This document shows, in pieces, positions 52,291 through 64,000 of a DNA stretch of 64,000 nucleotides. Source of the DNA: Vicugna vicugna (lineage: Eukaryota); assembly GCA_013265495.1 (NCBI GenBank), contig MU058565.1, forward strand, positions 1 to 64,000. The letters are read 5' to 3'. The position numbers and the translations under genes were made by a program. Each line of letters opens with the position of its first letter. Within the stretch, counting starts at the first letter, position 1. Below the pieces are notes generated by a model. It was not told where the DNA came from, did not search any database, and worked only from the letters and a program-made list of their open reading frames with translations.

Positions 52291-54759
52291 TCTACATTGA
52301 TTTGAACATCGTAAACTTTAAAATCACAAAGGAATACTAGAGATTATCTACATCCACTTAGAAATAAACTGGAGCTACAAAAACTAACAGAATTTCCAAA
52401 GTCCTTACAGACTCCTAGTGAAATAATGTGGAAAAATGAAGTTTTAGCAATGTTGAAATAAAAAAATTATGTTTCATAATTAACTAATTAATCAACTAGT
52501 TACTAAAAGCAAGCCTATGGGTCTGTACCTCAGCTCTCAAGCCCTCCTGATTCTCCACAGGGAAAAACCTGGTGTTGCCATTTCGGGGTAACCAGGTGGT
52601 ATCTAAGCTTGGTGGCTGGGTGCGGAGGCTGGTGGGGGAGTGGTGAGGTAAGCGGCAGGTCTGTGGACATCCTCTCTTGGCCTTGGAGGCAGTGGCCACC
52701 TCACCCCTGTAACACTGTATGTTGGCCGGGATCTATAACTGCTGTGTTCAGGCCACGTGCCAAGCCTGGAATACAAGACTCAGATCCTTGCTTATGAAGG
52801 CGAGGAGGTGAGAGGCACTAAACGAATAATCACACAAATAAATATTGAGCTGTATACTGGGACATGTGCCATGCAATAAAAGAACCACCTTTCTTAAGCT
52901 CCCACAGCATTGATATAGTTGACCTTTCTTTCCTTAGACTCTGCCCTCCTTTGAAAAATATGAAGACAACAGAAATAGTAGGACTTGATGCACTGGAAGC
53001 GTGTGACCTTGGGCATCCCTGGGTCTGCCTCCTCATGTGTCGGTGAGGAAAACTGTCAAGAATTGAGGTAAGAGGACCTTACCCCAACCACAAGGCCCTT
53101 TCACTGCTGCCTCTCTCAGCTTCTGTGTCCCTTGAGGGTTTTCTAAACACTCCCTCTCCCTTTATTCTTCTTCCTATATATGTCATTTAGGGTCCCCAGG
53201 TACCCCCAGCCAATCGGGAACCAAGAGTTCCTGAGGGCAAGATGGAGAGCTGAGATGGAACAGGATGGGCCTGGGAGAAGACAGCCACCCATTTAGGACC
53301 TGAACTCTAAACTGTAGAGTGGTGTCTCAGCTGGGATTGCAGAGAGAGGGGCACACAGAACACACACACACACTCACACACATGTAATGAGAGCTAATAA
53401 TTTTTGTTCTGAGGACTTGGCCTGCATTAAGTGATTCCATCCACCCAACAATCCTATGAGATACGTACTTTCTGGATCCCTATTTTACAAATAAGCAAAA
53501 GGGGCCCCGAAAGGGTACGTGACCATTCAAGGATGCATCACGAATTACTAGCAGAGCTGGGATCCAAATTCACATCTTCTAGGTTTAGAGCCCAAGGTCT
53601 TAACTTCAAGTAGGCTCAGCCTTGCCCAAGAATTAGTGGGGGATCTAGCATTAAAGACCAGGTCTTCTGAGAGGGTAGTGGCCAGTGCTCTGCCCAAAAC
53701 AGAGACCGGGTGAGGCCCCTCGCAAGGCCATCAGGGAGGGCTGGGGGAGCTAGGGGGATGTCCTTCCTGACCCGCACACGGCCCACTGAGGAGAAAATCC
53801 TGAAGCCCATGCAGTGATGTGAGTGAAGCTGAAGCTGCACCATCCACTTTGCAGCAAAGGGAACAGGAGGAGGATTTCTTCATGGCTGCTCACCTACACA
53901 GTCCCAGACTTCTTATTCTTATAAACTGCCCACCAACACCTCTACTGTGGTTTATAAAATCCTTTCCTGTCTCTCTTACTTACCCTCATGAAATGTCTCA
54001 GATTATTTAATTCCCACTTTATAGATCTGGAAACAGGAGCTCAGGGTGGGGAAGAGTCTTGCCCAAGCCATTAAATCATGAAACCAGGATAGGGAGCCAG
54101 ATCGTGTGATTCAAAATTGTTGCAATAGCACACTTGCTTGGATTTCCAGGGGCGTCCTAAATAACCTGGCAGGTTTTATCAGCCTCGTAAGGATGAGTAT
54201 TTCTTCCCACTCCTCCCAGCATGCTTGCCTTGTTGTACAAATGCTACAGAACTGGTTGTGTCTGCAAAAATGACAGCCCATCCTTTTACTCGTTACTAAA
54301 TTTGGGTCACTGAACTGCTGCTGTCAGCTGATAGGTGATGTTGCAAACAGTTCTGACGTGTAGCAATCAGAATCATTTGATCTTCCAAGAAAGCAGGAAG
54401 TTAAAAAAAAAAGTGAACTCAGCAAGTGAAAGAGGAATCAGAATGGGAGGCAAATTTAAGAAGACCGCATGGAAGGGAGTTACTGAAATAGGAAGTGTAA
54501 GATGAAGGAAAAGGTAAGCATCACAGGTTACCTTGCAAAGAGGGGCAAAACTTTGGTGGTCTCTCCTAACTGTTGCCAGAAACACCTAAGGAGTTTTGCC
54601 TGACCCTAGGCTGACCTCACCCAAGGAATCGTCTCCTCGGCCACCAGACAGGGCCTGGTACGATAAGGATCTTGCAACATTCTTCTCTTCTTCAAATCTC
54701 TCCAAACACTCCCATCATCGACAGGATAAAACCCACTGCCTTAGGGTAGCAACTCAAGA

Positions 54760-56170
54760 CCTTCATTGGAAACTTAGGTTGCTTCCATATCTTGGCTGTT
54801 ATACAAAGAGCTGTAATGTGCCCAGGGGTACATATATCTTTCATTTTTGTGTGTGGTGTAAGGGAGTCTTCTAGCTTCATTTCTTTACATGCTCTTGTCC
54901 AGTTTTCCCAACACCATTTGCTGAAGAGACTGTCTTTATTCCATTGTATATTCTTGCCTCCTTTGTCAAAGATTAGTTGACCCAAAGTTTGTGGGTTCAT
55001 TCCTGGCTCTCTATTCTGCTCCATTGGTCCTTATGTCTGTTTTTGTACCAATACCATGCTGTCTTGATGACCGTAGCTCTGTAGTATTGTCTGAAGTCTG
55101 GGAGAGTTATTCCTCCAGCCTCTTCCTTTTTCTTCAGTAATGCTTTGGCAATTCTAGGTCTTTTGTGGTTATCTTTCAAATTTATGTTCTCATACTTTTG
55201 AGATAAAAGTGGAATTCCTGGATCATCGGATAGCTCTCTTTTTCATTCTTTTGAGGACTCTCCATATTGCTTTCCACAGTGGCTGCATCAGTTCACAATC
55301 CCACCAACAACACAGGAGGCCTTCCTTTTCTCCACATCTCTGAACGTGTTACGTGTCTTTTTGGTAATAACCACTTTGACAGATGTGAGGTGGTCTCTCG
55401 TGGTTTTTAAAATACTTTTTAATTTTATTTATTTTATTTTGGGGTGGGGTGGGGAGGAAGGGAATTAGGTTTATTTACTTCTTTTTAGAGGAGGTCCTGG
55501 GGCTTGAACCCAAGACCTCATGCATGCTAAGCATGCGCTCTAGCACCTGAGCTAGACCCTCTCCCCTCATTGTGGTTTTCATTTGCATTTCCTGGTGGCG
55601 GGTGATGTGGGGCACATTTTCATGAGCATCTGTACGTCTTCACTGGAAAACTGTCTCTTCAGGTGTTCTGCCCACCTTTAAATTTGTTTGCCCACTTTTG
55701 GTTTATTTTCTTTTTATATTGACTTAGAGGGTATTAGGCTAAATGAAATAAATCAGAGAAAAAAAAGTGTCTTATCATTTTACTTACACGTGGAATCTAA
55801 AAAAACAAAACAAATGAACAAACAAAACAACATGAGAAAGAGTCTCAGAGATACAGAGAACACACTGGTGGTTGCCAGAAGGGAGGAGGGTTGCGGGGCA
55901 GACGAAATGTATTAAGAGGTACAAACCTTTAGATATAAAACAAATAAGTCACGGGGATATAATGTACACATGGGGAATATGATCAAGAACATTTTAACCA
56001 CACTGCGCGGTGACCGATGGGCATCGGCCTCACTGATGTGCTCATGGCACAGGGCACTGACATGTGGAAACATTCTGCTGTAAACCTGAAACTAATATAA
56101 GGTTGTATGCTAGTTATAACTCAATTATTTAAAATAATAAAAATGCATAAAATAAAATAAGATAAACAGG
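54760..56170. mobile_element. Nested L1 fragments (minus 54760-55700, plus 3' end 55715-56170)
   Basis: ORF2-like peptide [27 protein letters not shown] on minus; poly(A)-tailed plus 3' end. Confidence 0.85.
55408..55566 (-). mobile_element. Vic-1-like SINE inserted into L1
   Basis: tRNA-like A/B boxes (AGCTCAG..GGTTCAAGCCCC), TSD GTGGTTTT. Confidence 0.85.
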
Positions 56171-58326
56171 GGAAAAAATACCCTTGGGCCACAGCTAGCT
56201 TCTTCAGTCTGGTCTAGGTCCACTCACAGAATATACATAGAGACCTTCAAGGAGCAAGTATATTTTAGCCTGCTTTCCCGAGAAAGAAGAGCCTGAGACT
56301 CAGACTATCGTGCTAAGATTTTAGAAGGAATTTGATCCCAGGGGAGCAACAGTGAAGGAACCAAGCATGGAAGGAAAGTGAATTTACACCAGGTTCCTAT
56401 TCAAAGGCACACTGCCTGTGTATCTTTGACCCCTGAAGGAATAAACCCGCCTCATCCTAGCTTTTCATGTACCCTGGACACGGCACAGATTGGACGTGAG
56501 CAGCGACATTTGTCAGAAACCTGGGCCATGAAAGCAATTCGAAGGGAGGGCAGGAGGGAGCCCGCACGAGCACGGTGGCAGCGTTTCCCCCAGGGTCCCT
56601 GCAGCTCCTCCCCCACAAGGTTCCCCACGCTCAGCTGTGATGACAAAGGCGCTCAGGAGATGGGGGATGTTTACGTTGTCCTTTGGAAAATTACTGAACA
56701 GCGTTAGGCATCACTGAGGCACTGACGTTGTCATAGTTAAACCTGCGTGAGTGGTGTTTGTAATTAGTTTCCGAAAGAGCAGTTGAAGGTGGAGTTGATA
56801 ATGTTGGAGCCCAAACTTCAAAACCACTATTGGCCTCCTGAGGACCGAGGATGACATGTCTGTGAAAGTGACAGGCAGGATTTATGCAGCACTCACTGCG
56901 TGCCCCCTGGTCTGTGTCCTAAACGGCTCACACGCAGCCTGATTCCATCATCACAGGGTAGGTGATGGCGTTATCCCCCATTGTGCAGGTGGGGACTCTG
57001 AGACAAACACTAAGGTATAAAATATTAACTCAGTTTTCAAGGACAGACTCTAGTGAAGTTACCACATCCCTTCCTGAGCTACAAATTCAGCCCCAGTTAC
57101 TGGGAGCACTGGCTGCCACCAATGAGAGGCTGCCCCATTCTCTGGAGAAGCTCCCTGGGCCAAACTAAAGCCACTGCACCTGGGAGCTTGCACCTCCTGG
57201 GGGATGGGACGGCCAGTCTATGAGTGACTGATGGGTTACAAATGCTGGCGCCTGCCTCAAACCGGGACCCCCTCTGTAGGACAGTGCTCCACAGAGACCA
57301 CAGCGCCACTCACCTTTTCTTCCTGCCTTCCCCAGCTCCCCACACTCCCTTCTCCAGAGAGCGCCCTCTCCGTAAACCATTTGTGCCTGAACCCCTGTCT
57401 CGGGCTTTGCTTTCAAGGAACCCAACCTAAGTGAGCAGCAAAGCCTGAGCTAGTTTGTGCACAGTGACATTCAGCTGAGGGACATACAGTTGCTGAAATT
57501 CAGCTCAAACTCTGGGGCCAAGTTATGCAAAGGGGTAGCTTGTCCTCAATTGCCAAAAGCCACTGATTAGTGTAGACTCAGCCCTGGAAGGTGCTGGGAT
57601 TTGAAACCCAGGACTCCAGCTTCAGAGCCCCTCACCTCTCAGTCAGTGTGGTGCCACCGCCTTACATCAAAATAAAGAAGACTAGGGTAGGATGCGGAGA
57701 GCTGTATAAGCCAAAAGGTACCTTTGTGACCCCACCAAATAATCACAAATTTACTGAAGAGCCTGTTCAAAGAACTATTTTCCTGACCCATCTCAGAGAA
57801 AATTGCCAACCTGATATTTCACACCCCGTCTCACCCACAAACGGTGATGTGCCAGCACATGACCACAGCACGACCTCCAAGTCAGGAAGTTCACGCTGAC
57901 ACATGACTGCCATCTGACCTCAGAGCCCCCAGTTCCCCACCTGTCCCCACAATGTCCTTATCGCAGAAGGACCCAGCCAGCGAGTTACCTTTAGATGTCC
58001 CCTCTAGAGTCTCCTTGTGCCTGGAACGTTGTCAGTCCGTCTTTGGTTTTCATGATGTTGACTCTTTCCAAGATTATGAACCAGTTGCAGACCTGGAGTA
58101 GAATAATCCTGTTTAGGTTCGCCTGACCCTTCAGGGTTTCCTTCAGGTTTGCCTCCTGCGCGGGAACATCACACAGGTGAAGCGAGTTCGTCTCACTGCG
58201 TTCCATTAGGTAACGTGCAGTCAGTTTCTCCCATCCCAGAATGCTCTCTCTGATCCCTTGATTAAAGCGCTGTCTGCCAGGTTTCTCCACTCTAAAGCTA
58301 CTCTTTCCCCTCTGTAATTAGTGGAT

Positions 58327-58472
58327 TTTTTAAAAGTCTTTTGGGGGGTTTAATTAGGTTTATTTATTTATCTATTTTATTTTTTAATGGAGATAACTGG
58401 GAATTGGACCCAGGATTCCTTGCATGCTAAGCATGGCACTCTACCACTGAGCTATATCCTGACTGCCCCCTA
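58327..58472 (-). mobile_element. Vic-1-like SINE
   Basis: TSD TAGTGGAT; absent at the homolog near 24200. Confidence 0.85.
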
Positions 58473-59253
58473 TAGTGGATATTCTGAGCAGCACTAATCT
58501 GAAGCTATGTAAGTATCCTCATCAAATTGAAATTTATCAATTTATATATACATATTTACATATATATATCTGTATGTAGTCATGTTTTCCTATTTTCTTG
58601 AATGACTTACAATTTCTTATTATTCTTATGTATTATTATTTATTGTGTTTAAATTGTCCTTGATTTGGTCAATGGAAGCCCCTCAGGCTGGCTTCTGTCC
58701 TTTGGATGCACCCCCTCAATGTTTAGCGTTTTCTTCCTTTCTAGCATGAGATGTTCCAGAGTCAGCATGTGCTTTCCCAGCCCTGGAGACAGCATTTCTC
58801 CAAGAAGCCCTGGTTCCTTTCAGTGGAAAATGATATTTATAAGCCAAGATTTGTGTACGAAGTGTACTTACTGCTATTAGAGTGTCACTGTTTCTAAAGC
58901 ATGAGTTGAAATAAATAGGTAATATGTGTATTTATACCAACACACACACACACACACACACACTCACACAGAAGCACCCATCTGTATCCATCCATCATCT
59001 GTCTGTCTATATCATCTACCTATGTTATATGGAAAGAAATGGATTGACACTGATACATTCAGTTCCAGTCTCTGACTCCACGGGGTTTATTCTGGTTTCC
59101 TCCCTTTCTGAACCAGTGACTCCTTTAGTACTTGGGAACATCCTATTTGGGCTCTGGGTGGTACTGCAGGCCGCCTGAGCGGGCTTTTGGGGTTCCCACA
59201 CCCATGCCAGCCTGCTGTCTGTGTGGACATTGTCCCCAGCCTATTCAATTCAG

Positions 59254-60053
59254 NNNNNNNNNNNNNNNNNNNNNNNNNNNNNNNNNNNNNNNNNNNNNNN
59301 NNNNNNNNNNNNNNNNNNNNNNNNNNNNNNNNNNNNNNNNNNNNNNNNNNNNNNNNNNNNNNNNNNNNNNNNNNNNNNNNNNNNNNNNNNNNNNNNNNNN
59401 NNNNNNNNNNNNNNNNNNNNNNNNNNNNNNNNNNNNNNNNNNNNNNNNNNNNNNNNNNNNNNNNNNNNNNNNNNNNNNNNNNNNNNNNNNNNNNNNNNNN
59501 NNNNNNNNNNNNNNNNNNNNNNNNNNNNNNNNNNNNNNNNNNNNNNNNNNNNNNNNNNNNNNNNNNNNNNNNNNNNNNNNNNNNNNNNNNNNNNNNNNNN
59601 NNNNNNNNNNNNNNNNNNNNNNNNNNNNNNNNNNNNNNNNNNNNNNNNNNNNNNNNNNNNNNNNNNNNNNNNNNNNNNNNNNNNNNNNNNNNNNNNNNNN
59701 NNNNNNNNNNNNNNNNNNNNNNNNNNNNNNNNNNNNNNNNNNNNNNNNNNNNNNNNNNNNNNNNNNNNNNNNNNNNNNNNNNNNNNNNNNNNNNNNNNNN
59801 NNNNNNNNNNNNNNNNNNNNNNNNNNNNNNNNNNNNNNNNNNNNNNNNNNNNNNNNNNNNNNNNNNNNNNNNNNNNNNNNNNNNNNNNNNNNNNNNNNNN
59901 NNNNNNNNNNNNNNNNNNNNNNNNNNNNNNNNNNNNNNNNNNNNNNNNNNNNNNNNNNNNNNNNNNNNNNNNNNNNNNNNNNNNNNNNNNNNNNNNNNNN
60001 NNNNNNNNNNNNNNNNNNNNNNNNNNNNNNNNNNNNNNNNNNNNNNNNNNNNN
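59254..60053. other. Assembly gap (N); other gaps at 38010-38197, 42171-42372, 50693-50833, 50874-51191
   Basis: Runs of N; these produce the X-filled 'ORFs'. Confidence 1.
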
Positions 60054-60326
60054 AACTGGGGGTGGGTGGAGATGGTCCTGTGAGAACTCGGGAAGCTGGG
60101 TCTAGATATCTGGCCCTTCCTAGTCACCTCCTTCATGTGGCACAACATACAACACTCCCCGTAGACCCTGAAAAGGCTCAATGAATGTACAGGATCTGTG
60201 ATCATCCAACAAGGCAGCGGGTGAGGCCCGTTTTCATTTCTGGGTTTTTTCACAAAGTCAGTCCAGGTCTCTGGTGCTCTGGAACGCGGCTTCCTTGCAG
60301 AACAACGCCCAGGTCCTTAGGGAAAG

Positions 60327-60422
60327 TCAGGCTTCATTTAAGGTTCCGTGTCTGGGCACAACTTTTAGAATGATGGGTTTTTTCGGTTGCAAAAGGCCTT
60401 GAGTGCCTAATTCCAGGGGGAT
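60327..60422 (-). CDS. CYP3A: CYP3A gene C exon 13 (coding): IPLELGTQGLLQPKKPIILKVVPRHGTLNEA*
   Basis: 96 nt to TGA, AG acceptor. Confidence 0.96.
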   Translation of the reverse strand: MPLELGTQGLLQPKKPIILKVVPRHGTLNEA

Positions 60423-60744
60423 CTGCAAGAGTTAAACAAGCACATGAGAACCAATCAATGAAGCATCACCAAGAAAAGAAGCAAAGTAGACAAGATACAT
60501 TAGGGACAATGATGCTTTACAAACACATAAAAGCTAACTTTCAGCAGCCTGTATCTTTGACTTTTTTAAACTACTAATTCAATGTGTTTAACAGATGAAA
60601 GGGCAGTCAGTCTATTTGTAGTTCCTTGATTGAATTATAATAGTTTAGGTCTTTCAGAGAATTGTTTAATTTAACATAAACTATATGGGCATAAAGGTGT
60701 TTGCCATACTCCTTTCTTATCTAATAAGGGTAGAATTAAAAAAA

Positions 60745-60891
60745 TTTTTTTTTCACAATGGTTTTGGGGGAGAAGGGAGGTAATTAGGTTTATTTATTTA
60801 TTTTCTTTTTTTAAACAGAGTCACTAAGGACTGGCCCAGGGCCTTGCGCATGCTAAGCATACACCTGCCACTGAGCTGTGTCTCACCCCCT
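60745..60891 (-). mobile_element. Vic-1-like SINE in gene C intron 12
   Basis: Same head and tail as the other three copies. Confidence 0.8.
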
Positions 60892-63238
60892 TATCCTCTG
60901 AAAATTAAAAAAAAATTTTTCACTTTTATTGAGATATAATTGATGTACAGAAGGGCATAAGTTTATGGCATATAGCATAGTGATCTACTTCTAATTATCG
61001 TGAAATTACTACCATAATAAGTTTTGTGAGCATTCATTATCTCATATAGATAGAAAAGAAGGGAAAAAAAACCATTGTCTTCCATGTGTGGGAACTCCTA
61101 GGATCTCCTCTCTTACACTGCACAGATGCTAACCCATCATGTGGTACATTACATCCTGCTCCTAATTTATTGTATAATCAGAAGTTTGTAACTTTTGACC
61201 ACGTTCATTCAATGTCCCCTCCTATCTCTGATCCTGTATATTTATTCTATCAGCTGTGTCAAAAGTGGATAGTGAAAGGATTCATCCATCATTCATTCCA
61301 CAGAATAGCTCTTGAGCACCTATTCTGTACCAGACTTGATCCAAAAGTCAGGTTGGCCTGTGTTCTTTATTGATTTAGAATTTAAATAAAAATGCTCAAT
61401 TTTAAAAAATATACCAGGTTCTTTGACATTATGGCAAAATATCTTGAAAAATGATGTACAGGTATTTTGTATATGTCAGCTTACAAGGTAACCCTTGGTG
61501 CGTATTACACATTTTAATTTTATGGGCCTTCCTCAACTTGTAAAGAGGCCAGCCCCTCTCTGAGTTGGACCCCATCAGTTTCATGGTGGAAAGAAGGCAT
61601 TGTGAAGCATTATGCCCGTTGTTTTCAACATCTCCTGGCTCCCAAGTGCAGGGAAAATGGTAAACTTCTGACGGCCTACAGCATTTTGCCTGATATTTTA
61701 GACCCATTCTCACTGAGTCACTTCTTCAGAGTTGGGGGAAACAACAGAGTGACCTTCTGACGTCAGGTGACAGAAGGGAAAACAAAACGTCATGGAGGGG
61801 AGAAGCCCCAGCCTGCGGGTGACTGGGTGCAGCTTGCTGGGAGCGTCTGCCCCTCCCAGATGTGCCAGGGGCCCCGTTTCTCTCAAGGGTGAGTCCCATG
61901 TCTGCACATGATTACAGGACTGCCTCACAGGTGCCCCAAAACAAAATGGAAACCATCTCTTTCCTCCTCGTCCCTGAGAAAGGCTGTTCATGTGGTGCAG
62001 CTTCTTATTAACTGCCTGGGTCCTGACACAGACCTTGTAATAGGGCCGGGATTCATACCAGTCAATGGCGACTGTCCTTTGTGCTCTTTAGAGAAGAGAA
62101 AGCAGATCCTTCTAGAAGTATTACACCTTGGTATTTTAGAATTTCAAAGGGCATGCATACATTTCCCTGCAGACAGACGGATACCCACAAACCCCAGAAA
62201 TACACAAATGTCATTTGTTAAATTTTAGAGGTCCAAACTGCTCAAATGTTTGTGTGCAAGAACTCTACGTCAACAGCAAGTCACTCCTTTAGCATTTACT
62301 GGGTGACTGCAAGGCACCGCTGGAAGTCTATGAAATGAATAAATGGAGGGGATAGAGTTCAAGACATTTTCGGTAGAAAGAAGACAGAAAGCCAAGCTGG
62401 ACTGTTCAACAACGCAGTCTTGAGTTAGGTGGTAGGACCCATGAGGTCAGCCTGTGTGAGCTAATAAGAGAACAGGGAGAATGGGCTTTGGCCAGACGGG
62501 GGAGGGCTCCATGGAATGGGCTTGGGGACTGAACTAGACCTGAGGGTGAGAACAGAATGGTGGGGGCGTAGACAGAACACACATGGACTTATTATTGGAA
62601 TGCAAAGGGAGCCCAGCCTGATGGCAGCAGGACTCCTGGAAGGTGAGGGGGACTGTGGGAGTCCTTCACATCTGGCAGAAATGCTTTCAATCAGGGTTTC
62701 TCCCCACAGCAGAATCTCTGGGGGTGTTTTGAATGTCACCCTGTGAGAATTATTTTAGGATGCCTCAGATGTCCTAGGCATCAGAATTTGTAAAGGACCA
62801 CAGATTTTCCTTATGCAAGCAGTGGCTGAGAAGCACTGTCAGGAGAGCTTCAGGAAGTTCTGGTGGAGAAGCGTGTTGCTGAAAGGTCATGACGTGGTAA
62901 TGACTGCACTCAGGACTGTGCATGCACTTCCCCTTCTCTCAAGGGGACTTGAGTCCAAATATCAAGTGTTGCTCAAGTTCAATGGACTGCATCTAATGCT
63001 GTCACACTAACTGCATTGACTCTAGATGACCTTTACAGTTGAGACTTTATACAGCTACAGACGTAGCCCTCCAGAGCTGATGGACAGTCAGAAGCTCAAG
63101 AGCTCCAAATAGATCTCTGCCTAGTAGAACAAATGATTCTTTGAATAGATCACATTCCTAGATATATATTGGGAGACCCCTCCGTTAAAACAAAAGTCCC
63201 AACAAAACATTGTTAACGCAGATAGGAAACTCTCTGAC

Positions 63239-63401
63239 CTGTGTTTCTTTACAAGGTTTGAAGGAGAAGTTCTGCAGGACTTTGGTGAGCGCAAGTTTCA
63301 TGCTCATCATAGCAAACCTCATGCCGATGCAGTTTCGGGGTCCAGTTCCAAAAGGCAGGTATGTGTAAGGATTTATGCTGTCCTGGTTCTTCTTACTGAA
63401 C
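63239..63401 (-). CDS. CYP3A: CYP3A gene C exon 12: [54 protein letters not shown]; upstream exons lie right of the window
   Basis: 163 nt, AG/GT flanks, heme motif. Confidence 0.96.
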
Positions 63402-64000
63402 CTGTATCCACAACAGTAGATGACACAAGTTAATGAGACATAAGAACCACAAGAGCTCCAGGTGAGGTTTTAACTTAAACTCTCAACCAGTCGCATTAGG
63501 GAAGGGATCGTCTTGTGGGCGAGGCATTCATCCTGCTGTGGTTAATGTGTTGTGAGGAAAGAAAGGTCAGCTCCTGTTCCTTCCCAACCCCCCTACCCTG
63601 TAAGAGCTCCCAGTCTTGCTGGGGAGATGAGATGAAGGCTGTTTAAAGAAAATTGATCTTTAAACACTTAAACTACAGTCATGGAGGTGAGATGTTCACG
63701 CTCAAGCAGGAAATGAAAAGGAAAGTCAAGCAGGAAATGAGACTGACTAACGGAAACGTGGGTTCCTGTCTCCATGGACACTTGTGTTGGTCACATGCTC
63801 CTCGAGGAAGGAAGGAGCAGAAGTGTCTCTGAGAATTCAAATTGTTATTTTTCTTGTATTTCATATCCTACCTCCTCCCCTCCCCTTGTGTCACTGTCTG
63901 TCTCTCCGTCTTTCTCTTTCCCACACACAGAAGGTACTTAGGTCAGATTACACTACCCTAAGCACTGGTGTCCTTGTCTGTCTGTTGCATTAGCCTACAA

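Noticed and set aside
52473-52485. HNF1-like site GTTAATTATGAAA upstream of gene B
   Set aside because: An 11/13 match in very AT-rich sequence with no paralog support is likely to arise by chance.
55490-55560. tRNA-like A/B boxes
   Set aside because: They belong to the head of a tRNA-derived SINE with a tail and TSD, not to a tRNA gene.
59087-60253. Longest ORFs in the track (up to 388 aa), and those at 50685-51350, 37780-38216 and 42143-42415
   Set aside because: They are artefacts of reading through N gaps.

Overview
Mammalian genomic DNA, most likely a camelid judging by four Vic-1-like tRNA-derived SINEs and the L1 tails (family names are from recognition, not a database search). The window covers part of a tandem CYP3A (cytochrome P450 3A) cluster, all on the minus strand, repeating every ~34.2-34.5 kb. 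Gene A is partial: exons 1-8, ATG at 14155, with exon 9 expected just left of the window. Gene B is complete: 13 exons, 48309->26096, 1512 nt = 503 aa + stop, all splice sites GT-AG, and AGYETT, ExxR and FxxGxRxCxG motifs intact. Gene C is partial: exons 12-13 only. Exon sizes match the canonical CYP3A set (71/94/53/100/114/89/149/128/67/161/227/163/96). The rest is introns, L1/MIR/MER5/LTR/SINE repeats and five N gaps, none inside a gene B exon. Most ORF-track entries are spurious or N artefacts. No new gene family was found. The most interesting signals are regulatory and evolutionary. Gene B keeps a perfect PXR/CAR ER6 and has an upstream IR1. Gene A has a decayed ER6, a CpG-richer 5' region and a co-oriented LTR with eight CCAAT boxes upstream. 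The paralogs also show patchy gene-conversion-like tracts and divergence concentrated in substrate-recognition regions.
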